A stretch of DNA of 41,314 nt, taken from the NCBI GenBank assembly GCA_021202815.1, contig JAJQCG010000041.1, forward strand, positions 1 to 41,314, written 5' to 3'. Positions 21,181-32,874 of this stretch are shown here, one piece after another. The position numbers were made by a program, and so were the translations under genes. Every line of letters starts with the position of its first letter. Position 1 is the stretch's first letter. This stretch comes from Lachnospiraceae bacterium (lineage in GTDB: Bacteria; Bacillota; Clostridia; Lachnospirales; Lachnospiraceae). A model generated the notes under the pieces. It saw nothing but the letters and a program-made list of their open reading frames with translations. It ran no database searches and was not told the DNA's origin.

Positions 21181-21567
21181 CTACTCTGCCAGCGTGCCGT
21201 CGCCGTCCGCGGCGTCTCCTGCTCCGTCCATAGTGCCGTCCACGGCGTCGTCAGCCCCGTCTACAAGCGAGTCGCCCGCCCCGGTGACATCATTGACCAG
21301 ATCGTCCACCACATCGTCGGCGTCTCTTCCGATCTCCTCGAGGAGTCCGTCGCCATCCACATCCGTGTGGTCGTAGACCCCATCGCCATCCGTGTCAAAG
21401 AGAATGTCGTCGACGGAAGTTCCGCCATCATCGGTCGCCGCGTCGTCAGCAGCCGTCGCATTGTTGTCGTCCGTGCCATCCGTTGTCGCATTTCTGCCGC
21501 AGGCAGTCAGCGCGAACACCGTCATCACCACCAGTACCGCAGTCAGATACTTCTTCCACTGTTTCAT
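21181..21567 (-). CDS. Very acidic lipoprotein with two DxDGDG motifs
   Basis: Signal peptide with lipobox ALTAC; DTDGDG and DVDGDG; RBS AAGGAGA. Confidence 0.75.
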   Translation of the reverse strand: MKQWKKYLTAVLVVMTVFALTACGRNATTDGTDDNNATAADDAATDDGGTSVDDILFDTDGDGVYDHTDVDGDGLLEEIGRDADDVVDDLVNDVTGAGDSLVDGADDAVDGTMDGAGDAADGDGTLAE

Positions 21568-21655
21568 AATGTCTCTCCTTTTCATGTAAAGATTTACACA
21601 GTCGTTGACCTGTTGGTACTCAGTATGGACAGTTTTTTAAAAATTATTCGTCTTA

Positions 21656-22414
21656 TTATGCAATCACGTCGCTCATGCTGTAAAGCCCCGCGGGATTTCC
21701 GGCCAGGAAACGTGCGGCAGCGAGAGCGCCTTTTCCGAAGACCGCGCGGGAGTACGCACTATGACTGAGCGTGATGACCTCATCCGTCCCCGCGAAGATT
21801 ACATCGTGATCTCCGACGATCGTGCCGCCGCGCACGGACGAGATGCCGATCTCCTTCGGATCGCGCTTCCGATGCAGCGCACTGCGGTCATAGGTATAGC
21901 TGTATTCCCCGTTCGAGGCCCCCTCCGCCGCGGCGTCCGCCAGCGCGAGAGCCGTGCCGCTCGGCGCGTCCAGCTTGCGATTGTGATGCTTCTCGACAAT
22001 CTCCATATCAAAACCGGCCTGTGCGAGCGTCTCCGCCGCCTCCTTCACAAGCTTCAGCAGAATATTGACGCCGAGCGACATATTCGCGGAGCGCAGCACC
22101 GCGATCTTCTCGCTCGTCTGCTTCACCTTCTCGAGCTGCTCCGGAGAAAGTCCTGTCGTGCAGAGCACAACCGGAAGCTTTCTGTCCGCGCAGTAGGCGA
22201 GCAGCGAGTCCGCCGCCTTTGCATTGGAAAAGTCGATCAGGACGTCCGCTTCTTCCCAGCAGTCCGCAGGGCATGTGTAGACCGGATATCCGTTATCCCG
22301 ATTATCGACAACGTCAATACCCGTGACAATCTCAAGATCTTCCTCATCCCGGGCAAGGCCGGTAATCACCTGCCCCATATAGCCGTTGCAGCCATGCATG
22401 ATTACTCTTATCAT
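21656..22414 (-). CDS. dapB: 4-hydroxy-tetrahydrodipicolinate reductase
   Basis: HGCNGYMG, IDFS, EKHHNRKLDAPSGTA, SVRGGTIVGDH. Confidence 0.96.
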   Translation of the reverse strand: MIRVIMHGCNGYMGQVITGLARDEEDLEIVTGIDVVDNRDNGYPVYTCPADCWEEADVLIDFSNAKAADSLLAYCADRKLPVVLCTTGLSPEQLEKVKQTSEKIAVLRSANMSLGVNILLKLVKEAAETLAQAGFDMEIVEKHHNRKLDAPSGTALALADAAAEGASNGEYSYTYDRSALHRKRDPKEIGISSVRGGTIVGDHDVIFAGTDEVITLSHSAYSRAVFGKGALAAARFLAGNPAGLYSMSDVIA

Positions 22415-23316
22415 CACTGTTCTCCTTTAGCCTTGATGCCGAAGGCCTCCATCTCCGCCTTCAGACGCTCCTGATGCGCCTCCTCCATCTCCGTCAGCGG
22501 CAGGCGTAAGGGGCCGACCTCCCAGCCGAGCAGATTCATGGCAGCCTTCACCGGGATCGGGTTCACCTCGCAGAACAGACTGTCGATCAGCGGAAGCGCC
22601 TTCAGCTGCAGCTCAAGGCTTCCCTTCACATCACCCTCCAGATATTTCGCGACGATATCATGCGTCTCGCGCGGCGCGATGTTCGAGAGCACCGAGATCA
22701 CGCCCTTGCTGCCGAGCGACAGAAGCGGCACGATCTGGTCGTCATTCCCGGAATAGATATCGAAATCCAGCCCTTCCGTAAGCTTCGCAATCTTCGCGAC
22801 CTGAGAAATATTTCCGCTGGCCTCCTTCACCGCCACAATATTTTTCACGTTTTTCGCCAGGTAAGCGATCGTCTCCGGCGCGATATTCACGCCGGTACGC
22901 CCCTGGATATTGTAGAGAATAACCGGGATGTCCACCGACTCCGCGACCGTCTGGAAGTGCGCGATCAGGCCCTTCTGCGTCGCCTTATTGTAATACGGGC
23001 TCACCAGCAGAAGACCATCCGCGCCGAACTTCTCCGCCTCCTGGGAGAGATAGACCGCCGTCTCCGTGCAGTTGGAGCCGGTGCCCGCGATGACCGGAAT
23101 CCGCCCCGCCACCTTCTCCACCGTATAGCGGATCGCCTCGAGATGCTCCTCATGGCTCAGCGTGGACGCCTCACCGGTCGTCCCGCAGATGATAATGGCG
23201 TCCGTACCATTCGCAATCTGGTACTCCAGGATCTCTCCAAGCTTCGGATAATTCACCTCTCCCGTCGCGGTCATGGGAGTGATAATCGCCACGCCGGCTC
23301 CTGTAAAAATTGACAT
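22414..23316 (-). CDS. dapA: 4-hydroxy-tetrahydrodipicolinate synthase
   Basis: GTTGE, PYYNK, YNIQGRTG, KEASG, YSGND, NPIPVK; start at MSIF behind AAGGAGGAG. Confidence 0.96.
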   Translation of the reverse strand: MSIFTGAGVAIITPMTATGEVNYPKLGEILEYQIANGTDAIIICGTTGEASTLSHEEHLEAIRYTVEKVAGRIPVIAGTGSNCTETAVYLSQEAEKFGADGLLLVSPYYNKATQKGLIAHFQTVAESVDIPVILYNIQGRTGVNIAPETIAYLAKNVKNIVAVKEASGNISQVAKIAKLTEGLDFDIYSGNDDQIVPLLSLGSKGVISVLSNIAPRETHDIVAKYLEGDVKGSLELQLKALPLIDSLFCEVNPIPVKAAMNLLGWEVGPLRLPLTEMEEAHQERLKAEMEAFGIKAKGEQ

Positions 23317-23394
23317 ATACAATCTCCTCCTTCTATCATTTCCAGGTGTAAGTATGGGAAAGTCATCATCCGTGGCTTTCACCATGAATATAAT

Positions 23395-23425
23395 AAAAGA
23401 GGCGCGTCATAGACAGCGCCTCTCT
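23395..23425 (-). terminator. Expression-platform terminator of the lysine riboswitch
   Basis: Minus strand AGAGAGGCGCTGTCTATGACGCGCCTCTTTTATT. Confidence 0.8.
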
Positions 23426-23444
23426 GAAATCCTGCATTCTTTCA

Positions 23445-23616
23445 TCCGGATAGCGCTCCATCTGTAAACGATGACAGTCATAGAGTTCTTCACCCTATGC
23501 CCAAGAACCGAACCCACAGGCTGCCCGGCCTTTCGGCGCTCACCCCTTTTGGCTGACTTCTGCTGTGCCTGTACACATCCCTCAGCCTACTCCTGACTCG
23601 CGCGACCTCTATCTCC
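23445..23616 (-). ncRNA. Lysine riboswitch (L-box)
   Basis: Minus strand GATAGAGGTCGCG...GAGTA...AAAGGGG...CGCCGAA...TGGG...GACTGTC...GGAGCGCTATC in the dapA leader. Confidence 0.9.
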
Positions 23617-23627
23617 GTAACGCTTAC

Positions 23628-23657
23628 ACTATAGCACCTGTCCGTCCCTGTCGTCAA
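23628..23657 (-). promoter_or_regulatory. SigA promoter for the lysine riboswitch-dapAB transcript
   Basis: TTGACG-18 bp-TATAGT with TG extension. Confidence 0.65.
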
Positions 23658-23673
23658 CCCAAAAGATGGAAAC

Positions 23674-24162
23674 TCAGCTCTCCTTCAGCGTGGTGATCTG
23701 ATACACGCTGTCCGCCCAGTCCATCACCTCCGGACACAGATGAATTCCTGTAAAAATCAGCTCCGTCCCGTTCGCGACATCCAGCAGGGCGCGGATATCC
23801 TCATGTGAAGCAACCCCGTATTCGATCAGACCAAGGATTTCATCCAGAATCAGCACGTCGCACTCGCCGGTCGCCAGAACCTTGCGGGCGAAGGCGAGTC
23901 CATTCTTCATATTCGGATCCTCCTCCTCGCGCTCCTGCGGACTTAAGTCCTCATAGGCGACTTCCCGGCGCTGAAAGCGGAACAACTTAATCTCCGGCTC
24001 CAGCCGCTGAATAAAACCGATCTCCTCCGGCTGCCTGCCCTTCAGAAACTGTACGACAAAAACGGATTTCCCGCGGCTCGCCTCTTTGATCGCCTGACCG
24101 AGCGCAGCCGTCGTCTTTCCTTTTCCGGTTCCACAGTAGATCTGCAGTTTTCCTTCCATCAT
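23674..24162 (-). CDS. cobO: Cob(I)yrinic acid a,c-diamide adenosyltransferase (CobO/BtuR family)
   Basis: QIYCGTGKGKTTAALG, VQFLKG, LILDEI, ELIFTG. Confidence 0.82.
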   Translation of the reverse strand: MMEGKLQIYCGTGKGKTTAALGQAIKEASRGKSVFVVQFLKGRQPEEIGFIQRLEPEIKLFRFQRREVAYEDLSPQEREEEDPNMKNGLAFARKVLATGECDVLILDEILGLIEYGVASHEDIRALLDVANGTELIFTGIHLCPEVMDWADSVYQITTLKES

Positions 24163-24205
24163 GGGTACCTCACACGTTTGGATACAGAACTAACAAATTT
24201 TTTTT

Positions 24206-24234
24206 ATCATACACCGCACGAGGAAAAAAAGCAA
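24206..24234 (-). promoter_or_regulatory. SigA promoter for cobO
   Basis: TTGCTT-17 bp-TATGAT. Confidence 0.6.
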
Positions 24235-24245
24235 GTATTTCGCGC

Positions 24246-24878
24246 TCAGGCGTCGAGATACTCCAGCTTGCTCACGGAAATCTCATAGGCGATCCTGCGC
24301 TCAGACTCCTCCTCGTCGATCTTTTTCATGTACTCTCTGCTCTGAATACGGCCCCAGATCTGCGTGTGGCCGCCCACTTCAAAACCGGAGGCAAAACGGG
24401 CGTTCCGTCCCCAGCAGATGCAGGGAATATAATCCGATTTCCCATAGGGACGATTCACCGCCAGCAGAATATCCGCAATCTCACGCCCGAGCGGCGTCCG
24501 ACGGTAAACCGGCGGCTTGCAGATATAGCCGTCCAGGAAAATCTGGTTGGTTTTTGCATTCTCCACCTCCTCATCCGTGAACTCCAGCTCACGGACGAAC
24601 ACCGACAGCACCAGCCGGTTCTTCTTCTCCTCGTGGCGATTGTAGGAGCGGAACTGTCCCGCGGCGCGAATGTAGGAGCCGCGATAATCCTCGTTCACGT
24701 CGATCAGCCTCTCGGAGATCATCAGCGGTATCACATCACAGGAGTCGCTCAGGCGTTTCACCGAGACACTCAGCATGTAGAAGCCCTCCCCAAAGACCTC
24801 ATGGCTGAAGGAAAAGTCCGACACGACCTCTCCTACAATGGATACCTGGTTGTTTTCAATCATCTTATCTGACATCAT
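24246..24878 (-). CDS. ssb: Clostridial tandem-OB-fold single-stranded DNA-binding protein
   Basis: FSHEVFGEGFY, GQFRSYN, YRRTPLGREIAD, SDYIPCICWGRNA, GRIQSREY. Confidence 0.85.
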   Translation of the reverse strand: MMSDKMIENNQVSIVGEVVSDFSFSHEVFGEGFYMLSVSVKRLSDSCDVIPLMISERLIDVNEDYRGSYIRAAGQFRSYNRHEEKKNRLVLSVFVRELEFTDEEVENAKTNQIFLDGYICKPPVYRRTPLGREIADILLAVNRPYGKSDYIPCICWGRNARFASGFEVGGHTQIWGRIQSREYMKKIDEEESERRIAYEISVSKLEYLDA

Positions 24879-25048
24879 TTTGTTCTCCCTTCTGTTTGAC
24901 GAAGCGTCTCTTTTCGTACTTTGTCTGTAAAGTATATGTAAAGCTGTTTTCAAATATTCCAAATTTTTGAAAAAATATGCATGGGGGCTTGTTTTTCCTT
25001 GAAAATATGGTAAAGTAGAGTCGTTTGTGGAAGTGAGGTTTGATAAAT

Positions 25049-26878
<1,830 letters not shown>

Positions 26879-26928
26879 AAGAGGGTACAACGGGACATTT
26901 CTGATACTTCTCACGGAACGCCATATGT

Positions 26929-27423
26929 TTATGTCTCGTAAAGCTCCCCGAAATTCCTGCGAAAATACCTGTCCAGGCCACCGATAATGGCATTATGATC
27001 CTCGATATCGGTCAGACCGGAGGCTCCGATGAAGCCCACCAGACTCCCGCTTTGCAGCCGGATCGGAAAGCCTCCGCCGCAAGCCACATATTCTTTCGGA
27101 TCCAGACACATGTCTTTTTCCAGATCCTCTCCCTTCGCTCCCAGCTCTGCGCGGACGCGCAGGGAGCTCTTCTGCAGCAGGGTAACGGTCCGCCGCTTTC
27201 TTTTAAGCCACATCTCATGATAAGCTCCCGTTCCGGTCGGATAATAGCGAAATACCATCACGCCTGCCAGATCAATCTCAATCGCCAGGGGACCGTCAAA
27301 ATCCTTGCAGGATTCGATCAGATCCAGCGCCAGCTCCAGGACATTATCCTGCGTAAACGTCGGAAATCGATAGAAATTTTCCTCTTTCTGCGCCTTATCG
27401 AGCAATTTCTGATAATCATCCAT
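26929..27423 (-). CDS. Heme-degrading-domain (GlcG/HbpS-like, UPF0303) protein
   Basis: WLKRKRRTV...SSL, YVACGGGFPI, IGASGLTDIEDH. Confidence 0.75.
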   Translation of the reverse strand: MDDYQKLLDKAQKEENFYRFPTFTQDNVLELALDLIESCKDFDGPLAIEIDLAGVMVFRYYPTGTGAYHEMWLKRKRRTVTLLQKSSLRVRAELGAKGEDLEKDMCLDPKEYVACGGGFPIRLQSGSLVGFIGASGLTDIEDHNAIIGGLDRYFRRNFGELYET

Positions 27424-27491
27424 GTTTCGGTTTTCTCCATCATTTTATTGAATATTGAAGTTCATACATCATTTACCCGGATTTTAGCCCT

Positions 27492-28268
27492 TCAGTCTGA
27501 TGAAATCGCCGCTTTCATCTCCCGCACGAACTCTGTCACATACGGCACGGCGTCGCGCCCATATTTCTCGATAAGTTTTACGATCGCCGAGCCGACGATC
27601 ACACCGTCGGACTTTGCGGCCATCTTCGCGGCCGTCTCCGGGTTCGAGATACCGAAGCCGATCGCCGCCGGAATGTCGGAAACGCTTTTCACAAGTTCTA
27701 CCATCGCGCCCACGTCGGTCGTGATCTCGCTGCGCATGCCGGTCACGCCGAGGGATGAGACGCAGTAAATGAAGCCGTCCGCCTCCTTCGCGATCATCGT
27801 GATGCGCTCATGGGAAGTCGGCGCAATCAGGGATATGAGGTCGAGGCCACGCTCCTTACACGCGCCCGAGAAATCCGCCTTCTCCTCATAAGGTACGTCC
27901 GGCAGAATCAGGCCGTCCATGCCGATCGCCGCCGCGCGGTCGAGGAAACGCTCCGTGCCGTAGGAATAAACCACATTCGCGTAGGTCATAAATACCATTG
28001 GAAGCTTCACATCTTTTCGCAGCTCCGCGACCATATCGAAAATTTTGTCCGTCGTGACGCCACCGCTTAAGGCCCTTAAGTTTGCCCCCTGGATCACCGG
28101 CCCCTCCGCTGTCGGGTCGGAGAAGGGGATACCGAGCTCGATGAGATCCGCCCCATTTTCCGCCATGGCCCGCACAATCGCTCCGGTTGTATCCAGATCC
28201 GGATCGCCACAGGTGATGAAGGGGATAAAGGCTTTTCCGTTTTCAAATGCTTTTCTGATATTACTCAT
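27492..28268 (-). CDS. trpA: Tryptophan synthase alpha subunit
   Basis: [38 protein letters not shown]; true start MSNI overlaps trpB end. Confidence 0.96.
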   Translation of the reverse strand: MSNIRKAFENGKAFIPFITCGDPDLDTTGAIVRAMAENGADLIELGIPFSDPTAEGPVIQGANLRALSGGVTTDKIFDMVAELRKDVKLPMVFMTYANVVYSYGTERFLDRAAAIGMDGLILPDVPYEEKADFSGACKERGLDLISLIAPTSHERITMIAKEADGFIYCVSSLGVTGMRSEITTDVGAMVELVKSVSDIPAAIGFGISNPETAAKMAAKSDGVIVGSAIVKLIEKYGRDAVPYVTEFVREMKAAISSD

Positions 28269-29469
28269 GGAGATCCTCCCCTCTGTAGCGCGCGATCGCC
28301 GCGCAGTCCTTGTCGCCGCGCCCGGAAATATTGATGACCATGACCTGGTCCTTCCCCATCTGCGGGGCGAGCTTTCTCGCATAGGCCACCGCGTGCGCAC
28401 TCTCGATCGCCGGAATAATGCCCTCCATGCGGCTGAGGTACTCGAAGGCGTCCACCGCCTCGTCGTCGGTGATCGTGACATATTCCGCCCTGCCGGTGTC
28501 GTGGAGCCAGGCGTGCTCCGGCCCGATGCCCGGATAGTCGAGCCCTGCCGAGATCGAGTAGACCGGCACGATCTGCCCGTACTCATCCTGGCAGAAATAG
28601 GACTTCATGCCGTGGAAAATGCCAAGCCGTCCGGTCGCGATCGTTGCCGCCGTCTCGAAGGTGTCAACGCCGCGTCCCGCGGCCTCACAGCCGATCAGCC
28701 TTACGCCCTCGTCCTCAATAAAGTGATAAAATGCGCCGATCGCGTTTGAGCCGCCGCCCACACAGGCCAGCACCGCATCGGGAAGCTTTCCCTCCGCCGC
28801 CAGACACTGCTCCTTGATTTCTTTCGAAATCACTGCCTGAAAATCACGCACAATCGTCGGGAAAGGATGCGGTCCCATGACCGAGCCGAGCACATAATGC
28901 GTGTCCGCGATACGGTTCGTCCACTCGCGCATCGTCTCGGACACCGCGTCCTTGAGCGTGCCGGTGCCCGAGGAGACCGGATGCACCGTCGCGCCGAGTA
29001 GCCGCATCTTATAGACGTTCAGCGCCTGCCGCTTCGTATCCTCCTCGCCCATGAACACTTCGCACTCCATGCCCATCAGCGCCGCCGCGGTCGCCGCCGC
29101 GACACCGTGCTGTCCCGCACCGGTCTCCGCGATCACTCTCGTCTTTCCCATCTTCTTCGCGAGCAGCGTCTGCCCAAGTACATTGTTGATCTTGTGCGCG
29201 CCTGTGTGGTTTAAATCCTCACGCTTCAGATAAATCTTCGCGCCGCCGAGATCCTCCGTCATCTTCTTCGCGAAATACAGGCGCGAGGGCCTGCCCGCAT
29301 AGTTATTGAACAGCTCCGTCAGCTCCGCCTGGAACTGTGGATCGTCCTTATAGTGATTGTAGGCCTCCTCGAGCTCAATCACCACGTTCATGAGCGTCTC
29401 GGGGATATACTGTCCGCCATGCACCCCGAAGCGTCCTCTGGATCCTGTCTCTGCCATCTTTCTCTCCAT
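28261..29469 (-). CDS. trpB: Tryptophan synthase beta subunit
   Basis: [48 protein letters not shown]. Confidence 0.97.
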   Translation of the reverse strand: MERKMAETGSRGRFGVHGGQYIPETLMNVVIELEEAYNHYKDDPQFQAELTELFNNYAGRPSRLYFAKKMTEDLGGAKIYLKREDLNHTGAHKINNVLGQTLLAKKMGKTRVIAETGAGQHGVAAATAAALMGMECEVFMGEEDTKRQALNVYKMRLLGATVHPVSSGTGTLKDAVSETMREWTNRIADTHYVLGSVMGPHPFPTIVRDFQAVISKEIKEQCLAAEGKLPDAVLACVGGGSNAIGAFYHFIEDEGVRLIGCEAAGRGVDTFETAATIATGRLGIFHGMKSYFCQDEYGQIVPVYSISAGLDYPGIGPEHAWLHDTGRAEYVTITDDEAVDAFEYLSRMEGIIPAIESAHAVAYARKLAPQMGKDQVMVINISGRGDKDCAAIARYRGEDLHE

Positions 29470-29567
29470 TCCGCCGCCGTTTCATCGACGACATTCACTT
29501 AGTTTATATCTAAAGAATACCGGTTCTCACCGGAACGCAGCTGCGAATACCACCAGAATGAATGAGC

Positions 29568-30212
29568 TCAAAATTTGCTCTGTAAGCTTCTTGCTATCCC
29601 GATGATTCTCCGGATTTTCTCCGGATCCTTCTTCCTGTCCGTCTCCGCGCCGGAGCTCACATCCAGACCCCAGGGCTGAAAACTCTGTATCGCCTCCTGG
29701 ATATTCTCCGCTCGCAGACCTCCGGCCAGCAGGAACGATCTCTCGATCCGGTTGTCCTCCATCAGCTTCCAGTCGAAGCATTGTCCGGTCCCGTAGCCAT
29801 TGTCAAGCAGGATGCGGTCCGCGCTGCTCTGCTGCGCCGCCGCAAGGTCCGCTGCTGTGCGTATCCGGAACGCCTTCCAGATCTCGCAGCCGGGCGCAAG
29901 TTTTCGCAGGTTTCTGATATACTCCTCGTTCTCATGTCCGTGAAGCTGCAGGACCTGAACCAGGCCTTCCTTCCAGTAATCCGCCACTTCCTGCTCCAGC
30001 AGATCCACGAATACGCCCACCGCGGGAATCCTGCTGTCCAGCCGCTCCCGCCAGACCTGCATCTGAGACTTCGACACATACCGATGGCTGGGCGGATAGA
30101 ACACGAAGCCCGCGTAATCGGGCTGATACCGGTTGACCGCCTCGATGTCCCCGCCGCGGTACAGGCCGCAGATTTTTATCTTTATAGAATTTCCCTTTCC
30201 GGTATCTGCCAT
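29568..30212 (-). CDS. trpF: Phosphoribosylanthranilate isomerase (alternative GTG start at 30290)
   Basis: IKICGL, AGFVF, QLHG, GYGTGQCFDW, LAGGL, DVSSGAE. Confidence 0.92.
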   Translation of the reverse strand: MADTGKGNSIKIKICGLYRGGDIEAVNRYQPDYAGFVFYPPSHRYVSKSQMQVWRERLDSRIPAVGVFVDLLEQEVADYWKEGLVQVLQLHGHENEEYIRNLRKLAPGCEIWKAFRIRTAADLAAAQQSSADRILLDNGYGTGQCFDWKLMEDNRIERSFLLAGGLRAENIQEAIQSFQPWGLDVSSGAETDRKKDPEKIRRIIGIARSLQSKF

Positions 30213-30291
30213 CTGCGCTTCCTCCTGTTCTTCTCCCGCGTTTCCGGTTCTGCGGTCTCCTGCTCTTTCCTTTACCTGGTGCCAAATCACC

Positions 30292-31074
30292 CTACCTCAC
30301 AGCGCCGCGAAACTCCGCAAGCCGCGCGCGCTTATCCTCCGCGCGCATCAGCGCCTCCCCGACGAGCACCGCGTCCGCGCCGATCTTCGAGAGCGACGCG
30401 ACGTCCCGCGCGTCCTTCACACCGGACTCCGCCACGTACACGGCGTCCGGCGGGATCTGCTCCCGCAGGCGCGAGGCGTTTGAGAAATCCACGGTAAAGT
30501 TTTTGAGATTCCGGTTGTTGACGCCGATTACCCGCGCGCCGGCCCGCACCGCGGACTCGATCTCCTTCTCATCATGCGTCTCGACAAGGGCGCTAAGACC
30601 CAGCGCATCGCAGATCGCCAGGTATTCCCGCACACGTTCGGTGGAGAGCAGCGCACAGATCAGCAGCACCGCGTCCGCTCCCATCGCCTTCGCCTCGTAG
30701 ATCTGATAGGCGTCCACCGTGAAATCCTTCCGGATCATCGGCAGAGAGATCGCCGCGCGTATTTCCCGGAAAATATCGTCCGATCCGAGAAACCATTTCG
30801 GCTCTGTCAGCACCGACACACAGTCCGCCCCGGCCTGCTCATACTCCCGCGCGATCTCCACATAAGGAAAATCCGGTGCGATCAGCCCCTTCGAGGGAGA
30901 GGCCTTCTTCACCTCACAGATAAAAGAAAGTCCCGGCCTTTTCAGCGCCTTTTCAAAGCGGAAATTCCCTCTGGGAAGCGACTCTGCCGTGTGCCTCAGT
31001 TCCTCAAAGGAAATCTTTTTCTTCGCCTGCTCCACACGCCGGGCAGCGTGCTCGGCTAATTCATCTAATATCAT
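30292..31074 (-). CDS. trpC: Indole-3-glycerol phosphate synthase
   Basis: ICEVKKASPSKG, SVLTE, RKDF, GVNNRNL, AESG. Confidence 0.96.
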   Translation of the reverse strand: MILDELAEHAARRVEQAKKKISFEELRHTAESLPRGNFRFEKALKRPGLSFICEVKKASPSKGLIAPDFPYVEIAREYEQAGADCVSVLTEPKWFLGSDDIFREIRAAISLPMIRKDFTVDAYQIYEAKAMGADAVLLICALLSTERVREYLAICDALGLSALVETHDEKEIESAVRAGARVIGVNNRNLKNFTVDFSNASRLREQIPPDAVYVAESGVKDARDVASLSKIGADAVLVGEALMRAEDKRARLAEFRGAVR

Positions 31075-31111
31075 TCCCTTCCTCCTGATCCGTCAAGGAA
31101 AAATTGCGGAG

Positions 31112-32128
31112 TTACAGATTGGAAATTCTCACAAACTCCTCCATCGTGCGCTTCGCCGCACCGCTGTCGATCAGGCTCGCCGCGAGTTCGATGCCTTCCG
31201 CCATCGTCGGCGCCTTGTCCGCCACGTAGAGCGCCGCACCGGCATTCAGGAGCACCGCGTTCCGCTTCGGTCCCTTCTCGCCGTCCAGAATCGCTCTGGT
31301 GATCGCAGCGTTCTCCTCGGGCGTACCGCCCACGAGATCGGATTTCTCACAGCGCACGAGGCCGAAATCCTCCGGCTGAATCGTGTAGGACTTAAACCCG
31401 CCGTCCTTGCACTCACATATACGCGTAGGCGCGCTCTGAGAGATCTCGTCGAGCTTATCCATCCCATAGACGGACATGCCGCGCTCGACACCGAGGCTGA
31501 TCAGCACCTGTGCCAGCGGCTCCAGCAGGTACTCGTCATAAACGCCCAGCAGATGCAGCTTCGGGCAGCCCGGGTTCGTCAGCGGCCCGAGAATATTGAA
31601 GACCGTGCGGAAGCCCAGCTCCTTGCGGATCGCGCCGACATATTTCATGGAGGTGTGGTACTTCTGCGCAAAGAAGAAGCACATGCCTACCTTCTCAAGG
31701 AGTTCTTTGCACTTCTCCGGCTCCTGATTGATATTCGCACCGAGCGCCTCCAGGCAGTCCGCCGCGCCGCTCTTCGAGGACGCCGCCCGATTGCCGTGTT
31801 TACCGACCTTGACGCCGCCCGCGGCCATCACGAAGGCCGCCGTGGTGGAGATATTGAAGGTATGCGCGCCGTCGCCGCCCGTCCCGACGATCTCCATCAG
31901 ATCCATGTCGGCGTCCACCTTCACCGCATGCGCGCGCATGGCCGCCGCGCAGCCGGCGATCTCGTCGCTGGTCTCCGCCTTCGTGCTCTTCGTCGCGAGC
32001 GCCGCGAGGAAGGCCGCATTCTGCGTCTGCGTGGTCGTGCCGCTCATGATCTCATTCATCACGGCGTAGGCCTCATCGTAGCTCAGATCCTGCTTGTTTG
32101 CGATTTTCTCGATCATCTCTTTGATCAT
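31112..32128 (-). CDS. trpD: Anthranilate phosphoribosyltransferase
   Basis: [37 protein letters not shown]. Confidence 0.96.
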   Translation of the reverse strand: MIKEMIEKIANKQDLSYDEAYAVMNEIMSGTTTQTQNAAFLAALATKSTKAETSDEIAGCAAAMRAHAVKVDADMDLMEIVGTGGDGAHTFNISTTAAFVMAAGGVKVGKHGNRAASSKSGAADCLEALGANINQEPEKCKELLEKVGMCFFFAQKYHTSMKYVGAIRKELGFRTVFNILGPLTNPGCPKLHLLGVYDEYLLEPLAQVLISLGVERGMSVYGMDKLDEISQSAPTRICECKDGGFKSYTIQPEDFGLVRCEKSDLVGGTPEENAAITRAILDGEKGPKRNAVLLNAGAALYVADKAPTMAEGIELAASLIDSGAAKRTMEEFVRISNL

Positions 32129-32217
32129 TTTTCATTTCCTCCTGTTTCATTTTGTTTATGATTCTATATTGTCATGTATGATTTCATACACTGAAATCGC
32201 TGTGTTCTTACTACTCA

Positions 32218-32304
32218 CGATTCACAATTGCCATCCCTGCATTCGCAAGCCGCCCCTTACAAGGCTAAGCAACGCAAAGCTGATCCCTCGCAAACTGTGA
32301 ATCG
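32218..32304. repeat. 87-bp element bounded by imperfect terminal inverted repeats
   Basis: CGATTCACAATTGC ... GCAAACTGTGAATCG in the trpG-trpD gap. Confidence 0.45.
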
Positions 32305-32310
32305 CATCAT

Positions 32311-32874
32311 TCATTGAATAAAATTTCTCAATATCTCCTGTCCATCCGGCGTCAGTACCGACTCCGGATGGAACTGCACTCCGTAAATGGGATAATCGCG
32401 GTGCTGCACCGCCATGACCTCCCCGTCCTCCGTCTGCGCCGTGATTTGCAGCACATCCGGCAGCGTCTCCCGGATCGCGGCAAGCGAGTGATAGCGGGCC
32501 GCCGGAATCGTCTCTTTCATGCCCCGGAAGAGCGGGCAGCCCGTGTCGAGCCGCACCTGCGACTGCTTGCCGTGCATCAGCTCCCGTGCGTGCGCGATTG
32601 TTGCCCCGAAAGCCTCGCAGATCGCCTGGTGTCCGAGACACACACCCAGAACCGGAATCTCCTTTCCAAGCTCACGGGCAACCGCAATGCAGACGCCCGC
32701 GTCCTTCGGGTAACCCGGCCCCGGCGAAAGGATGATGCGCTCTGGCTTCAGCGCCCGGATTTCCTCTATGCTCATCGCGTCATTGCGGATCACGCGGATA
32801 TCCGGCTCGATCATACCGACAAGCTGGTACAGGTTGTAGGAAAAGCTGTCATAATTATCAATCAGTAAAATCAT
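32311..32874 (-). CDS. trpG: Anthranilate synthase component II (glutamine amidotransferase)
   Basis: IDNYDSF, LSPGPG, GVCLGHQ, RYHSL, QFHPES. Confidence 0.96.
   Translation of the reverse strand: MILLIDNYDSFSYNLYQLVGMIEPDIRVIRNDAMSIEEIRALKPERIILSPGPGYPKDAGVCIAVARELGKEIPVLGVCLGHQAICEAFGATIAHARELMHGKQSQVRLDTGCPLFRGMKETIPAARYHSLAAIRETLPDVLQITAQTEDGEVMAVQHRDYPIYGVQFHPESVLTPDGQEILRNFIQ

Noticed and set aside
28269-28586. N-terminal 106 aa of the 364-aa ORF containing trpA
   Set aside because: Alternative frame inside trpB; the real start is MSNI at 28268 behind GAGGGGAGGA.
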